Shown here in pieces: positions 17,743 through 26,978 of a stretch of DNA of 64,000 bases. The notes beneath the pieces are model-generated. The model ran no database searches, was not told the origin of the DNA, and saw nothing but the letters and a program-made list of their open reading frames with translations. A program made the position numbers and the translations under genes. Positions within the stretch are counted from its first letter, which is position 1. Every line of letters begins with the position of its first letter. Where the stretch lies: the NCBI GenBank assembly GCA_013214705.1, contig JABSRZ010000007.1:3951-67950 (forward strand), read 5' to 3'. The stretch comes from Hyphomicrobiales bacterium. GTDB lineage: Bacteria > Pseudomonadota > Alphaproteobacteria > Rhizobiales > OSC116.

Positions 17743-19484
17743 ACAGAAAGTTCAAATATTCGCTATATTCAATATTGATTGCCATCACAGTGTTTTTGGC
17801 GAGTTATGCAACTTCATATAACTATTTCACCACCCAAGTTTACCAAAATTCGATGAATCAACTGGAGCTATATACGCGGACATTGAAATCAAAATTATTT
17901 GAGTTACAGCCATTAAACCGGGTGTTGAGCCACCGGCCTGATATTCTAAAAGCGTTAGACCAGCCAGATAATGCCGCCCAGATTTTATTGGTCAACCAAA
18001 CGTTGAAAAAAAGTAAAATCATTGCTGCGGCGTCTGAAATTTATTTGATGGACAAAGATGGCCTCACCATTGCTGCCAGTAATTGGCAAGATAACGGCGG
18101 CTTTGTTGGTAATAATTATGGCTTTAGGCCATATTTTCAACAAGCCATAAATGGCCAAAGCGGGCAATTTTATGCCGTGGGCATACGCTCGAACATTAGA
18201 GGTTATTATTTTTCTGAACCGGTATATGATGGCGAAAAAATACGCGGCGTTTTGGTGCTAAAAGTGGCCATAGACAATTTAGAAAAAATCTTTAAAGACA
18301 CCGACAATAAACTGATGATATTGGATGATTTGGGCATCGTATTTTTAGCCAGTGATGCCAAGTTTTTATACAATAAAACCCGCATCATATCCGCCAAAGG
18401 ACTGGCATATTTAGAAGATACGCGCCGATATCGAGATAAAATACTGGGGGTAATTAACATCAAACCCATCGGTTTTTTAAATCAAAAACATATTGTGCAA
18501 ATGCAGACTGAAGCTGGTTTTGATAATTATGTATATAGCCAGTTGGCAATGCCAAAAATTGGCTGGACAATTATAAATTTTGCGAAAGAAAACAAAACTA
18601 TAACCGCTTCAATCATCGCAAGTTCTAGTTTTAGTTTTAGCATTGTTTCGCTATATTTACTATTGTTGGTGATGAGCTCAAAACGGCGCTTGCAGGCCGA
18701 ACAAATGGAATTTAAAAACCGCCAAGCGGCTGAATTGGAGCGCCGGGTGGAAGCTCGAACCGAGGAGTTAAAACAGGCCCAAGACGAGCTGGTGCAAACG
18801 GCAAAATTGGCTGCACTTGGCCAAATGTCGGCGGCGATTTCGCACGAACTTAGCCAACCCCTAACATCGATAAGCAATTATGTCGAAAATGCGAAAAAAT
18901 ATATTGATAATGATGAAATTGATCAGGTGAAAACCAATATTGGTTATATCGGCAAATTATCCGAAAAAATGGCGGCAATCATTCATCATACCAAGGTATT
19001 TGCCAGCAAAAGGCCATCGGAAATTGAGAAAATATCGTTAAATAAAGTGATCAGAGAAACCGTTTGGTTTATGCAATCCAAATTTAAACGACGAGATGTT
19101 CGGTTGAAAATGTCGATACCGCAAAAGGACGTGTCTATTTTGGCCAATAGCATCAGAATAGAGCAGGTATTGATGAATTTGATCTCAAATGCTTTGGAAT
19201 CTATGCAAAAATCTGCCGTGAAGATATTGAGTATAGAAATGACCCTCGACGCTGACATGGCCGTAATCATTATTAGAGATACGGGTGAGGGTATTGACGA
19301 AAAGTCGATAGAAGCGATATTTAAACCATTTTACACCACCAAAGCCGATGAGCAAGGCATGGGCATGGGGCTTTCGATAAGCCGGTCTATTATTGAAGAA
19401 TATGATGGTATATTAGAGGCTTTTAATCGGCCGTCCGGCGGGGCTAGGTTTGAAATTAAGCTACCAATTGGCACAGAAAGTTAG
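17739..19484 (+). CDS. dctB: Sensor histidine kinase, DctB-like (C4-dicarboxylate sensor)
   Basis: Two TM segments flank a periplasmic sensor domain of about 270 aa. It has a HisKA H-box (AISHELSQPL) and a HATPase_c domain (DTGEGI...GMGMGLSISR). It sits next to dctD and dctPQM. Confidence 0.8.
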   Translation: MNRKFKYSLYSILIAITVFLASYATSYNYFTTQVYQNSMNQLELYTRTLKSKLFELQPLNRVLSHRPDILKALDQPDNAAQILLVNQTLKKSKIIAAASEIYLMDKDGLTIAASNWQDNGGFVGNNYGFRPYFQQAINGQSGQFYAVGIRSNIRGYYFSEPVYDGEKIRGVLVLKVAIDNLEKIFKDTDNKLMILDDLGIVFLASDAKFLYNKTRIISAKGLAYLEDTRRYRDKILGVINIKPIGFLNQKHIVQMQTEAGFDNYVYSQLAMPKIGWTIINFAKENKTITASIIASSSFSFSIVSLYLLLLVMSSKRRLQAEQMEFKNRQAAELERRVEARTEELKQAQDELVQTAKLAALGQMSAAISHELSQPLTSISNYVENAKKYIDNDEIDQVKTNIGYIGKLSEKMAAIIHHTKVFASKRPSEIEKISLNKVIRETVWFMQSKFKRRDVRLKMSIPQKDVSILANSIRIEQVLMNLISNALESMQKSAVKILSIEMTLDADMAVIIIRDTGEGIDEKSIEAIFKPFYTTKADEQGMGMGLSISRSIIEEYDGILEAFNRPSGGARFEIKLPIGTES

Positions 19485-19491
19485 GCAAATT

Positions 19492-20829
19492 ATGAAACAA
19501 GGTAAAGTATTATTTGTCGATGATGACGAGCATATTCGCAATTCAATCTCTCAATCGTTTGATTTGGCGGGTATAGATTACGAATGTTTTGCCAGCCCTA
19601 ATGACATGCTTGCGCAAATATTTAAAGGGTTTAATGGGGTGGTTATTTCTGACATTAGGATGCAGCCAATGGATGGGATTGAGCTGTTAAATTATGTGCA
19701 AAATGTTGAGCCTCAAATTCCAGTTATTTTGATTACCGGGCATGGTGATGTGGAGTTGGCGGTAAATAGCCTGCAAAATGGGGCTTATGATTTTTTTGAA
19801 AAACCTTATAATAACAATAGATTACATAATTGTATTGAGAAAGCGCTTGATAAGCGAGCGTTATATTTGAAGGTGCAGGAATTGCTGGTTTCTAACCCTA
19901 ACGGCGGTTTAGACGCCATCATTGGCGACAGCCGGTTATGTTTGATATTAAAGCAACAGATCAAAACCATAGCCACAGCAAAAGTTGATATATTGATCAA
20001 TGGCGCGACCGGAACGGGCAAGGAATTGGTGGCAAGAACATTACACAATATGAGCCCCGAAACCAATGGGGCGTTTGTGGCCATAAATTGTGGTGCTTTG
20101 CCAAGTTCTATCATTGAAAGTGAGTTATTTGGCCACGAGATAGGCGCATTTACCGGCGCTACAAGTTTGCGCATCGGAAAATTCGAATATGCCAAAGGTG
20201 GCACTGTGTTTCTGGATGAAATTGAATCTATGCCTTTGGATTTGCAGGTGAAATTATTGCGGGTTTTGCAAGAACGAAGTTTAGAGCGCTTGGGCAGCAA
20301 CAAGTTAATTGACCTAGATATTCGCATTATAGCCGCCGCAAAAAAGGATTTGTTTGAAGAGAGCCAAAAGGGCAATTTTCGAGAAGATTTATATTATAGG
20401 CTGAATGTTGCCACTATAAACATACCCAGCTTAGACGCCCGAAAAGATGACATCGCCTTATTGGCACAATTTTTTATAGAAAACGCAGTCGCCAAACATA
20501 ATGTTGAAGGGTTTAACCTAAAACCAACCAAAATTTTGGCTTTAGTAAACAGAAAATGGCCAGGAAATGTGCGGGAATTGCGAAATTATTGTGAGCGCAT
20601 TGTGTTGGGTCTAGATGACTTGAATGTCGATGAGAATAATAAAGTAAAAGTTGAGAATACGCCGCTTAGCGAACGCATGAAGAATTATGAAAAATTAGAA
20701 ATCATTGCGTGCTTAACCGAATTTAGCGGCCAAGTGCAGGCCTGCTGTAATGCTTTAGGTTTACCCAGAAAAACATTTTATGACAAGCTCACCCGGTATG
20801 GCCTGAACCGAGCGGATTATGAACACTGA
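19492..20829 (+). CDS. dctD: Sigma-54-dependent response regulator DctD (REC-AAA+-HTH)
   Basis: REC domain (VLFVDDDEHIR...ISDIRMQPMDG), Walker A GATGTGKE, sigma-54 contact loop GAFTGA, and a C-terminal Fis-type HTH. I chose ATG at 19492. Confidence 0.85.
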   Translation: MKQGKVLFVDDDEHIRNSISQSFDLAGIDYECFASPNDMLAQIFKGFNGVVISDIRMQPMDGIELLNYVQNVEPQIPVILITGHGDVELAVNSLQNGAYDFFEKPYNNNRLHNCIEKALDKRALYLKVQELLVSNPNGGLDAIIGDSRLCLILKQQIKTIATAKVDILINGATGTGKELVARTLHNMSPETNGAFVAINCGALPSSIIESELFGHEIGAFTGATSLRIGKFEYAKGGTVFLDEIESMPLDLQVKLLRVLQERSLERLGSNKLIDLDIRIIAAAKKDLFEESQKGNFREDLYYRLNVATINIPSLDARKDDIALLAQFFIENAVAKHNVEGFNLKPTKILALVNRKWPGNVRELRNYCERIVLGLDDLNVDENNKVKVENTPLSERMKNYEKLEIIACLTEFSGQVQACCNALGLPRKTFYDKLTRYGLNRADYEH

Positions 20830-20849
20830 ACCGGGTGAGCTATAAATGA

Positions 20850-20867
20850 TGTGTGAATTACCGCACA
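20850..20867 (+). promoter_or_regulatory. Candidate DctD upstream activator site 1 (TGTGTG-N6-CGCACA)
   Basis: Imperfect palindrome TGTGTGAATTACCGCACA. Its centre is 42 bp (four helical turns) from site 2. Confidence 0.55.
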
Positions 20868-20891
20868 ATATTACATGGTTCATTGGCCTTT

Positions 20892-20909
20892 TGTGCGGGT
20901 TATCGCACA
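20892..20909 (+). promoter_or_regulatory. Candidate DctD upstream activator site 2 (TGTGCG-N6-CGCACA)
   Basis: Perfect palindrome TGTGCGGGTTATCGCACA, about 95 bp upstream of the -24 element. Confidence 0.6.
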
Positions 20910-20994
20910 GTCAAAATTCCAGTTATTTAGCAATTTGGTAATTTTGTGTGCCAAATCAACCATTTAAGAGATTTGTCGGCAAACGGGACAAAAT

Positions 20995-21010
20995 TGGCAC
21001 ATAGCTTGCT
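20995..21010 (+). promoter_or_regulatory. Sigma-54 (-24/-12) promoter of dctPQM
   Basis: TGGCACatagcTTGCT matches the TGGCAC-N5-TTGCW consensus. It lies about 60 bp upstream of the dctP ATG. Confidence 0.8.
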
Positions 21011-21070
21011 ATAAAGGGGATAGCCTTACCAATTAGGGGTAGGGAAAAATTATAAAATTGGGAGATTTTA

Positions 21071-22057
21071 ATGAATAAATTTAAAATGGCGGTTTCTGCT
21101 TTGGCCATTGTGGCAGTAACAGGCACAGCAAATGCCGCCGAAATATTGATAAAATTCAGCCATGTTGTTGCTGAAAACACGCCAAAAGGCATTATGGCCA
21201 ATAAATTTGCCGAGCTGATTGAGCAACGTTTGGCCGGAAAAGTGAAAGTGCAAGTGTTCCCGAATGGGCAATTATTTAGTGACCAAAAAGTGCTAGAAGC
21301 CATGTTGTTGGGAGATGTGCAGTTGGCTGCGCCTTCACTTTCTAAATTTGGTAAATATACCAGCGTGTTGCAAGTTTATGACCTACCGTTTTTATTTAAA
21401 GATATTGACGCTGTTGGCCGTTTCCAAGCCGGGCCAGAAGGCCAAGCTATGCTTAAATCTTTAGAATCCAAAGGCTTATTGGGTCTGGGTTATATGCATA
21501 ATGGGTTAAAGCAACTTTCGGCTAACAATGCGTTGTTAAAGCCGTCAGATGCAAAAGGTAATAAATTCCGCATTATGTCATCCAACGTTTTGGTGGCCCA
21601 ATTTGAATCTGTTGGCGCTGTGCCGCTTAAAAAGCCATATGCCGAAGTGTTTACACTGCTACAAACCCGCGCCATAGATGGACAAGAAAACACTTGGTCT
21701 AATATATATTCTAAGAAATTCTTTGAAGTTCAAGACCATATAACCAACTCAAACCATGGTTTGTTGGACTATATGGTGGTTACAAGTTCCGAATTCTGGG
21801 AAAGCTTGCCGGATGACATTCGCCCGGTGGTGAAAACTGCGCTTGATGAAGCTATTTTAATTGGCAATGATGTTGCACGTGATAAAGCTCAAAGTGATAT
21901 GCAAAAAATTATCGATAGTGGGCGCACAACCGTGCATACACTTACTGATGAGCAGCGCGCTATGTGGGTAGAAGCGATGAAACCAGTTTGGGCAGAATTT
22001 GCTGACGAAATTGGCCAAGATATTATAGATGCCGCCGTTGCTTCTAATATTGAATAG
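21071..22057 (+). CDS. dctP: TRAP transporter substrate-binding protein DctP
   Basis: Signal peptide. KFSHVVAENTPKG...LLGDVQLAAPSLSKF closely follows the DctP family pattern. Confidence 0.9.
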   Translation: MNKFKMAVSALAIVAVTGTANAAEILIKFSHVVAENTPKGIMANKFAELIEQRLAGKVKVQVFPNGQLFSDQKVLEAMLLGDVQLAAPSLSKFGKYTSVLQVYDLPFLFKDIDAVGRFQAGPEGQAMLKSLESKGLLGLGYMHNGLKQLSANNALLKPSDAKGNKFRIMSSNVLVAQFESVGAVPLKKPYAEVFTLLQTRAIDGQENTWSNIYSKKFFEVQDHITNSNHGLLDYMVVTSSEFWESLPDDIRPVVKTALDEAILIGNDVARDKAQSDMQKIIDSGRTTVHTLTDEQRAMWVEAMKPVWAEFADEIGQDIIDAAVASNIE

Positions 22058-22122
22058 GTAGTTATACGCAAAAATGGCCAAGTTTAAACTGACTTGGCCA
22101 TAACATATGACTGGGAGGGCAT

Positions 22123-22671
22123 GTGGCTAAATTTTTTGAAAAATTTGAAGAAGGCATTTTGGCACTGTTATTGGTGGCGATGACTTTGTTGGTATTCACC
22201 GAAGTGGTGGCGCGCTTTATGGGGCATGGCGTGCTGTGGGCGCAGGAGCTGACACAGTTATGCAGTGCTTGGATGGTGCTGTTTGGCGCGTCTTATTGCG
22301 TTAAAAAGGGTGCGCATATTGGCGTCGACGTGGTCACAAATGCATTGTCGGATGTCAACAAACGCATTGCGGCGGTTATTGCGGCCAGTTTATGCGTTAT
22401 TTATTGTTTTGCCATCGCATGGGGCGGCTACATCTATTTAGCCAAAGTGTATAAATATCATATAGTTCTGGATGATCTGCCGTTAGAAAAATGGGAAGCT
22501 CATATTTTCATCGTGATCGCAACTTTGTTTATGGCTGTGCGTTTCGGAATCATTATACGTGACAATATAACCGGCAAAATGATTGGCATGAAATTGTCCG
22601 ATGAAGCCGATGAAGCCTTGGAAATACAAGCTATTACCAATGCAGAGCTTCGCAAAGGGGACAAATCATGA
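22123..22671 (+). CDS. dctQ: TRAP transporter small permease DctQ
   Basis: 182 aa, 4 TM. GTG start with a GGGAGGG Shine-Dalgarno sequence. ATGA overlap with dctM. Confidence 0.85.
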   Translation: MAKFFEKFEEGILALLLVAMTLLVFTEVVARFMGHGVLWAQELTQLCSAWMVLFGASYCVKKGAHIGVDVVTNALSDVNKRIAAVIAASLCVIYCFAIAWGGYIYLAKVYKYHIVLDDLPLEKWEAHIFIVIATLFMAVRFGIIIRDNITGKMIGMKLSDEADEALEIQAITNAELRKGDKS

Positions 22672-24074
22672 TCACCACCATCGTTTTATTTGTGTTGTTA
22701 TTTGCGCTTATGTTTTCGGGGATGCCAATCGCAATATCTTTGGGTTTGTCTTCAATTATAACCATTATGGTGTTTGCCGAAGGCACATCCATGGCCTCTA
22801 TCTCTTTGAAAATGGTCGGCACACTGACTGAGCATTATACATTATTGGCCATTCCATTTTTTATTCTATCTTCTGCATTTTTGTCTAACGGCGGTGTCGC
22901 AGGCAGAATGATTAGATTTGCAGTCGCCTGCATCGGCCATATAAAAGGCGGGCTGGCAATGGCGTCAGTATTGGCGTGTATGTTATTTGCCGCGGTTTCT
23001 GGCTCATCACCGGCAACAGTTGCGGCCATCGGCTCTATCGTCATCGTCGGCATGGTGAAATCGGGTTATCCCAAACCATTTGCAGCTGGCGTCATTAGCA
23101 CTGCTGGCACTTTGGGCATTCTTATACCACCATCTATTGTTATGCTTATTTATGCCGCCGCTACCGAGGTTTCGGCAGCGCGTATGTTTATGGCGGGGTT
23201 AATACCGGGCTTGGCAATGGGGGTTATACTGATGATTGCCATTTATGTGATCGCACGGATTAAAAACTTCCCCTCAGAGAAATTCCCCGGATTTGGTGAA
23301 ATAGGGCGGAGCTTTTTGGGCGCTTTGGGTGGTTTATTCATGATATTGTTCGTGCTGTATATCATATATGGCGGCGTAGCCAGCCCCACAGAGGCGGCCT
23401 CAATATCGGCAATTTATGCGTTTTTTATCGCGGTTTATGTTTATCGAGACATTGGGCCATTAAAAAATACAGCTTGGCGCAAAGACAAAGAAAATTTAGC
23501 CAAAGCGGCCGTTCGTGGCGTGTCGGATTTGGTGGTTGTGACCTTTAAATCTACATTTGATGCCGACGTAAAAAAGGTGGTGTTGGATGCGGCTAAAGTG
23601 AGCATAATGCTGCTATTTATCATCGCCAACGCCATGCTGTTCGCGCATGTGTTGACGTTGGAGCGCATTCCGCACACCATCGCTGCTATGATAGTTGACA
23701 TGCAATTGCCAGCATGGGGCTTTTTAATTGTGGTCAATATTGTGTTGTTAATTGCGGGTAACTTTATGGAACCTTCGGCCATTATTCTCATCATGGCGCC
23801 GATATTGTTTCCGATCGCGTTGGAGCTGGGCATCGACCCGATTCATTTGGGCATTATTATGGTGGTGAATATGGAAATAGGCATGATAACGCCGCCGGTT
23901 GGGTTAAACCTATTTGTGACCGCTGGGATAACTGGCGAGTCTATGGGGTGGGTGATCAAATCTGCCGCGCCATGGCTGTTGCTGATGCTAGGCTTCTTGA
24001 TACTTATAACCTATGTGCCGCAAATATCGCTATTTATACCAGAGCTAGTTGACCATCTTCGAGGCTATAATTAG
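22668..24074 (+). CDS. dctM: TRAP transporter large permease DctM
   Basis: 468 aa, about 12 TM, with typical DctM sequence (GMPIAISLGLSS...). Confidence 0.9.
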   Translation: MITTIVLFVLLFALMFSGMPIAISLGLSSIITIMVFAEGTSMASISLKMVGTLTEHYTLLAIPFFILSSAFLSNGGVAGRMIRFAVACIGHIKGGLAMASVLACMLFAAVSGSSPATVAAIGSIVIVGMVKSGYPKPFAAGVISTAGTLGILIPPSIVMLIYAAATEVSAARMFMAGLIPGLAMGVILMIAIYVIARIKNFPSEKFPGFGEIGRSFLGALGGLFMILFVLYIIYGGVASPTEAASISAIYAFFIAVYVYRDIGPLKNTAWRKDKENLAKAAVRGVSDLVVVTFKSTFDADVKKVVLDAAKVSIMLLFIIANAMLFAHVLTLERIPHTIAAMIVDMQLPAWGFLIVVNIVLLIAGNFMEPSAIILIMAPILFPIALELGIDPIHLGIIMVVNMEIGMITPPVGLNLFVTAGITGESMGWVIKSAAPWLLLMLGFLILITYVPQISLFIPELVDHLRGYN

Positions 24075-24096
24075 GGATTGAGCTGAATATAAAACC

Positions 24097-24128
24097 AAAC
24101 CACCTGCATCTTTGTGGGTGGTTTTTTA
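24097..24128 (+). terminator. Rho-independent terminator after dctM
   Basis: AAACCACC-12-nt loop-GGTGGTTT followed by TTT. It abuts the 3' end of the convergent dinB. Confidence 0.7.
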
Positions 24129-25442
24129 TTGTGGTGATGGTTTTTCAGGCAATGAATTGTTGGGTTTTTTATTTTTCACGCTTCTGCCTTTAATCACCGC
24201 TTTTCGGCCAAACTTTTCGCGTATTTCATCCATCGCATTTTCTATTTTTTGGTTGGTAATATTTTTCGGTTCTAAAAAATCTAACGGGTCGGCTTTTTGC
24301 GGGTCAGTTAAGTTAGACAGGCTAACGCCGACCAATCGATAGCTTAAAGTTGGCCGCATTTTAGCCAAGCTTTGGCATACAATGTCGAACATTATATTGG
24401 CCAACATGGTTGGTGAGGGCAGGGTGTGACTACGTGTAAGGGTTTGAAAATCGTTGGTTTTTAGTTTTAGCGTGACGGTGTAGCCGGCTTTATTATGGTG
24501 TTTTGCATCTTGATGGACTTGCTCGCAGACATCCCATAATTTGTTTTTTAGTATACTATGTTCATGAATGTCCTTAAAAAATGTCGTCTCGCGGCCGATT
24601 GATTTACGGCCGCCTTCACGCGCGGCAGGTTTCACCTGGCGATTGTCTTTTCCAACCGAAAAATATTTTAGGCGGCTGCCCATTTTGCCGTAAGTTTTTA
24701 GCAAGGTTTCTTGGTCTAATTTCTGTAAGTCGGCAAATGTTTCAATGCCATTAGCATTTAATTTTTTACCTAGCACTTTGCCCACACCCCATATTTTCGA
24801 AACTGAAAAAGGTGCTAAGACTTTCTCTATATTATTCTGCCCCAAAACAGAAAAGCCTTTTGGTTTTTCCAAATCCGAGGCCATTTTGGCCAAGAATTTA
24901 TTATAACTTAGACCAATGGATATGGTGATGCCAACCTCGCTTTCAATTTCTTTGGCCAGGCGGGCCACAAGTTGCGACGGATATTGCTTGTGCAGTTTTT
25001 GGGTGCCAGACAAGTCTAAAAAGGCTTCATCGACAGAAACTTGTTCGACCATTGGGGTCAAATTATTCATTTTTTTGACAATTTCACGGCTGACTTCGGT
25101 ATATTTTTGCATATTGCCGCGCAATATAACCGCGTGCGGGCAAAGTTTCTTGGCTTTAAACATTGGCATGGCAGATTTAACGCCATAGGTTCGGGCGATG
25201 TAACAGGCTGTAGAGACCACGGATCGGTTGCTGTCTCCGCCGATGATAAGCGGTTTATTGCGCAGATCAGGGTTGTCGCGTTTTTCGACAGAAGCGTAAA
25301 AACTGTCGCAATCCATATGCACAATCGAAAGTGATTTCAATTCATCGTGGTTTTTAAGCAAGCGAGATTTACAATGGCGGCAAATGTCGAGCGGTGAGGG
25401 TGCTGACATTAGTTCAAAGCAATTTAGGCAGAGTGTTTGCAA
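24126..25442 (-). CDS. dinB: DNA polymerase IV (DinB) with N-terminal CxxC...CxxC extension
   Basis: Y-family core (VHMDCDSFYASVEKRDNPDLRNKPLIIGG...SVDEAFLDL). The roughly 40-aa N-terminal extension carries CLNC and CRHC. Confidence 0.9.
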   Translation of the reverse strand: MQTLCLNCFELMSAPSPLDICRHCKSRLLKNHDELKSLSIVHMDCDSFYASVEKRDNPDLRNKPLIIGGDSNRSVVSTACYIARTYGVKSAMPMFKAKKLCPHAVILRGNMQKYTEVSREIVKKMNNLTPMVEQVSVDEAFLDLSGTQKLHKQYPSQLVARLAKEIESEVGITISIGLSYNKFLAKMASDLEKPKGFSVLGQNNIEKVLAPFSVSKIWGVGKVLGKKLNANGIETFADLQKLDQETLLKTYGKMGSRLKYFSVGKDNRQVKPAAREGGRKSIGRETTFFKDIHEHSILKNKLWDVCEQVHQDAKHHNKAGYTVTLKLKTNDFQTLTRSHTLPSPTMLANIMFDIVCQSLAKMRPTLSYRLVGVSLSNLTDPQKADPLDFLEPKNITNQKIENAMDEIREKFGRKAVIKGRSVKNKKPNNSLPEKPSPQ

Positions 25443-25460
25443 AACTTTATCCTGGCTTTA

Positions 25461-26123
25461 TCAAAGCGACAATTGAGCATCAATAAAATGTTTCACTTCG
25501 TTCCAACATGTCGATTTTAGGGCCACATTATCGACATCAGATACTAGTTTTGCATATTGTTCATCGCCAATAAAATGTATGCAATGAATGTGAGGGTTGG
25601 TTGCCATAATCGAGATGTGATGTTCTGGCGAATCATCTATAAAAAATATCGGAGCGTTATGATCTTTGATAATTTCTGTAACGGCGGCCGATTTGTTGCC
25701 AATATTGGTGATGATGGGAAAATGAATGCCGTGAGATTTATATATTTCGACTCTTCTATTTCGGTAATCATGTGGGGCGTTGGTCAAAATGATGATTTGG
25801 CAATGGTTAGATAGGTGCATCAAATTGTCATAAGCATTTTTCACCATCGGCATATCATCGCCATGATGGGTGAAAAACGCGGTGATTATGCGCAAAAAAT
25901 CATCTTTATTGATCTGCTTATTGTCATCATGCGAAAATAAATACTCATCAATTTCGAAACCAACCAATGACGTGCCGGTAAATTTATAGCCGTGTTTATC
26001 AAAATACTCAAACATATGGGTGAATAGCTCAAATATCACTTCATCCGCATCTGAAATGATCAGCGGGGTATCTGGGTCAATTGTTAACTCATCAATGAGT
26101 GACTTAGTTTGCGGTGATGGCAT
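25461..26123 (-). CDS. HAD-superfamily phosphatase-like protein (function unknown)
   Basis: All four HAD motifs are recognisable: I SDADEV (DxDxV), II ILTN, III GNK, IV FFIDDS. It lies 18 bp upstream of dinB on the same strand. Confidence 0.6.
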   Translation of the reverse strand: MPSPQTKSLIDELTIDPDTPLIISDADEVIFELFTHMFEYFDKHGYKFTGTSLVGFEIDEYLFSHDDNKQINKDDFLRIITAFFTHHGDDMPMVKNAYDNLMHLSNHCQIIILTNAPHDYRNRRVEIYKSHGIHFPIITNIGNKSAAVTEIIKDHNAPIFFIDDSPEHHISIMATNPHIHCIHFIGDEQYAKLVSDVDNVALKSTCWNEVKHFIDAQLSL

Positions 26124-26140
26124 GAAAAAATATCTACAAA

Positions 26141-26155
26141 GTTCTTGATATGTTC
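26141..26155 (-). promoter_or_regulatory. Alphaproteobacterial-type LexA (SOS) box, GTTC-N7-GTTC
   Basis: GTTCttgatatGTTC, read as GAAC-N7-GAAC on the gene strand. It lies 17 nt upstream of the HAD-like ATG, in the 71-bp gap after the DUF3572 gene. Confidence 0.55.
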
Positions 26156-26194
26156 TATTTTAATACTATTATTTTGTATGTACAGAGAATAATT

Positions 26195-26464
26195 CTAATT
26201 ATAGCTCTGGTGGCTTAGAAACTGAAACGCATTATAGGGAATTGTGGGGTCTATTTGGGCATGTAGGCAAAAACTTAGCAATAATGGCTCATCTAAGCAG
26301 ATGAAATCGAGCACAGAAATTTGAAAATTAATTGTATGAATGGCTTCGTTTAGCTGGTCGGGCGTGCTGCCAGTGTAGCCTAAAAAGTTTGCGAAATAAC
26401 CTTCGTTTGCGCTCAAATATTGCACAGCTGCGATGACGGTGTTTTCAGCTTGATGAAGGTTCAT
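26195..26464 (-). CDS. DUF3572-like small protein
   Basis: 89 aa. The pattern FL..TG..P..L.......F...VLDF...DEPLLLSF......P resembles DUF3572 proteins of Alphaproteobacteria. This is from memory and was not searched. Confidence 0.5.
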   Translation of the reverse strand: MNLHQAENTVIAAVQYLSANEGYFANFLGYTGSTPDQLNEAIHTINFQISVLDFICLDEPLLLSFCLHAQIDPTIPYNAFQFLSHQSYN

Positions 26465-26579
26465 ATTTTATATTATTCTGTATAATGGTGATGGTTCGAA
26501 TATGTGTATTTTATTAAATATTTACAAACATCACAACACAATTTTAAACATATTTATTTATCATGAAGATACGGTGTAA

Positions 26580-26978
26580 ATGATGATGAAGGATGATTTC
26601 TTGAGTAAAACTATATTGATCGTCGAAGACAATGAACTGAATATGAAATTATTCAACGATCTGCTCGAATCTAAAGGCTATAATATTGTCCAAACCGACA
26701 ATGGCCTCAACGCGGTCGAATTGGTAAGAACCCACATGCCTGACCTTATATTGATGGACATTCAGCTGCCCGAGGTTTCAGGCCTTGAAGTGACGAAATG
26801 GTTAAAAGCCGATGCGAATTTGGCACATATACCGGTTATTGCTGTGACAGCATTCGCCATGAAAGGCGATGAAGAAAAAATTCTGCAGGGTGGCTGTGAA
26901 GCCTATATTTCAAAACCTATATCCATCGGTAAATTTTTAGCGACTATAGAAAGTTTTATTGAAAAGGATAAAGTATGA
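26580..26978 (+). CDS. divK: Single-domain response regulator DivK
   Basis: REC-only protein ([13 protein letters not shown]...[13 protein letters not shown]...ISKP). It is immediately upstream of pleD and overlaps it (ATGA). Confidence 0.8.
   Translation: MMMKDDFLSKTILIVEDNELNMKLFNDLLESKGYNIVQTDNGLNAVELVRTHMPDLILMDIQLPEVSGLEVTKWLKADANLAHIPVIAVTAFAMKGDEEKILQGGCEAYISKPISIGKFLATIESFIEKDKV

Noticed and set aside
25489-25496. TGTTTCAC, half of the parS consensus TGTTTCACGTGAAACA.
   Set aside because: Only one half-site is present, inside a coding region, and the palindromic partner is missing.
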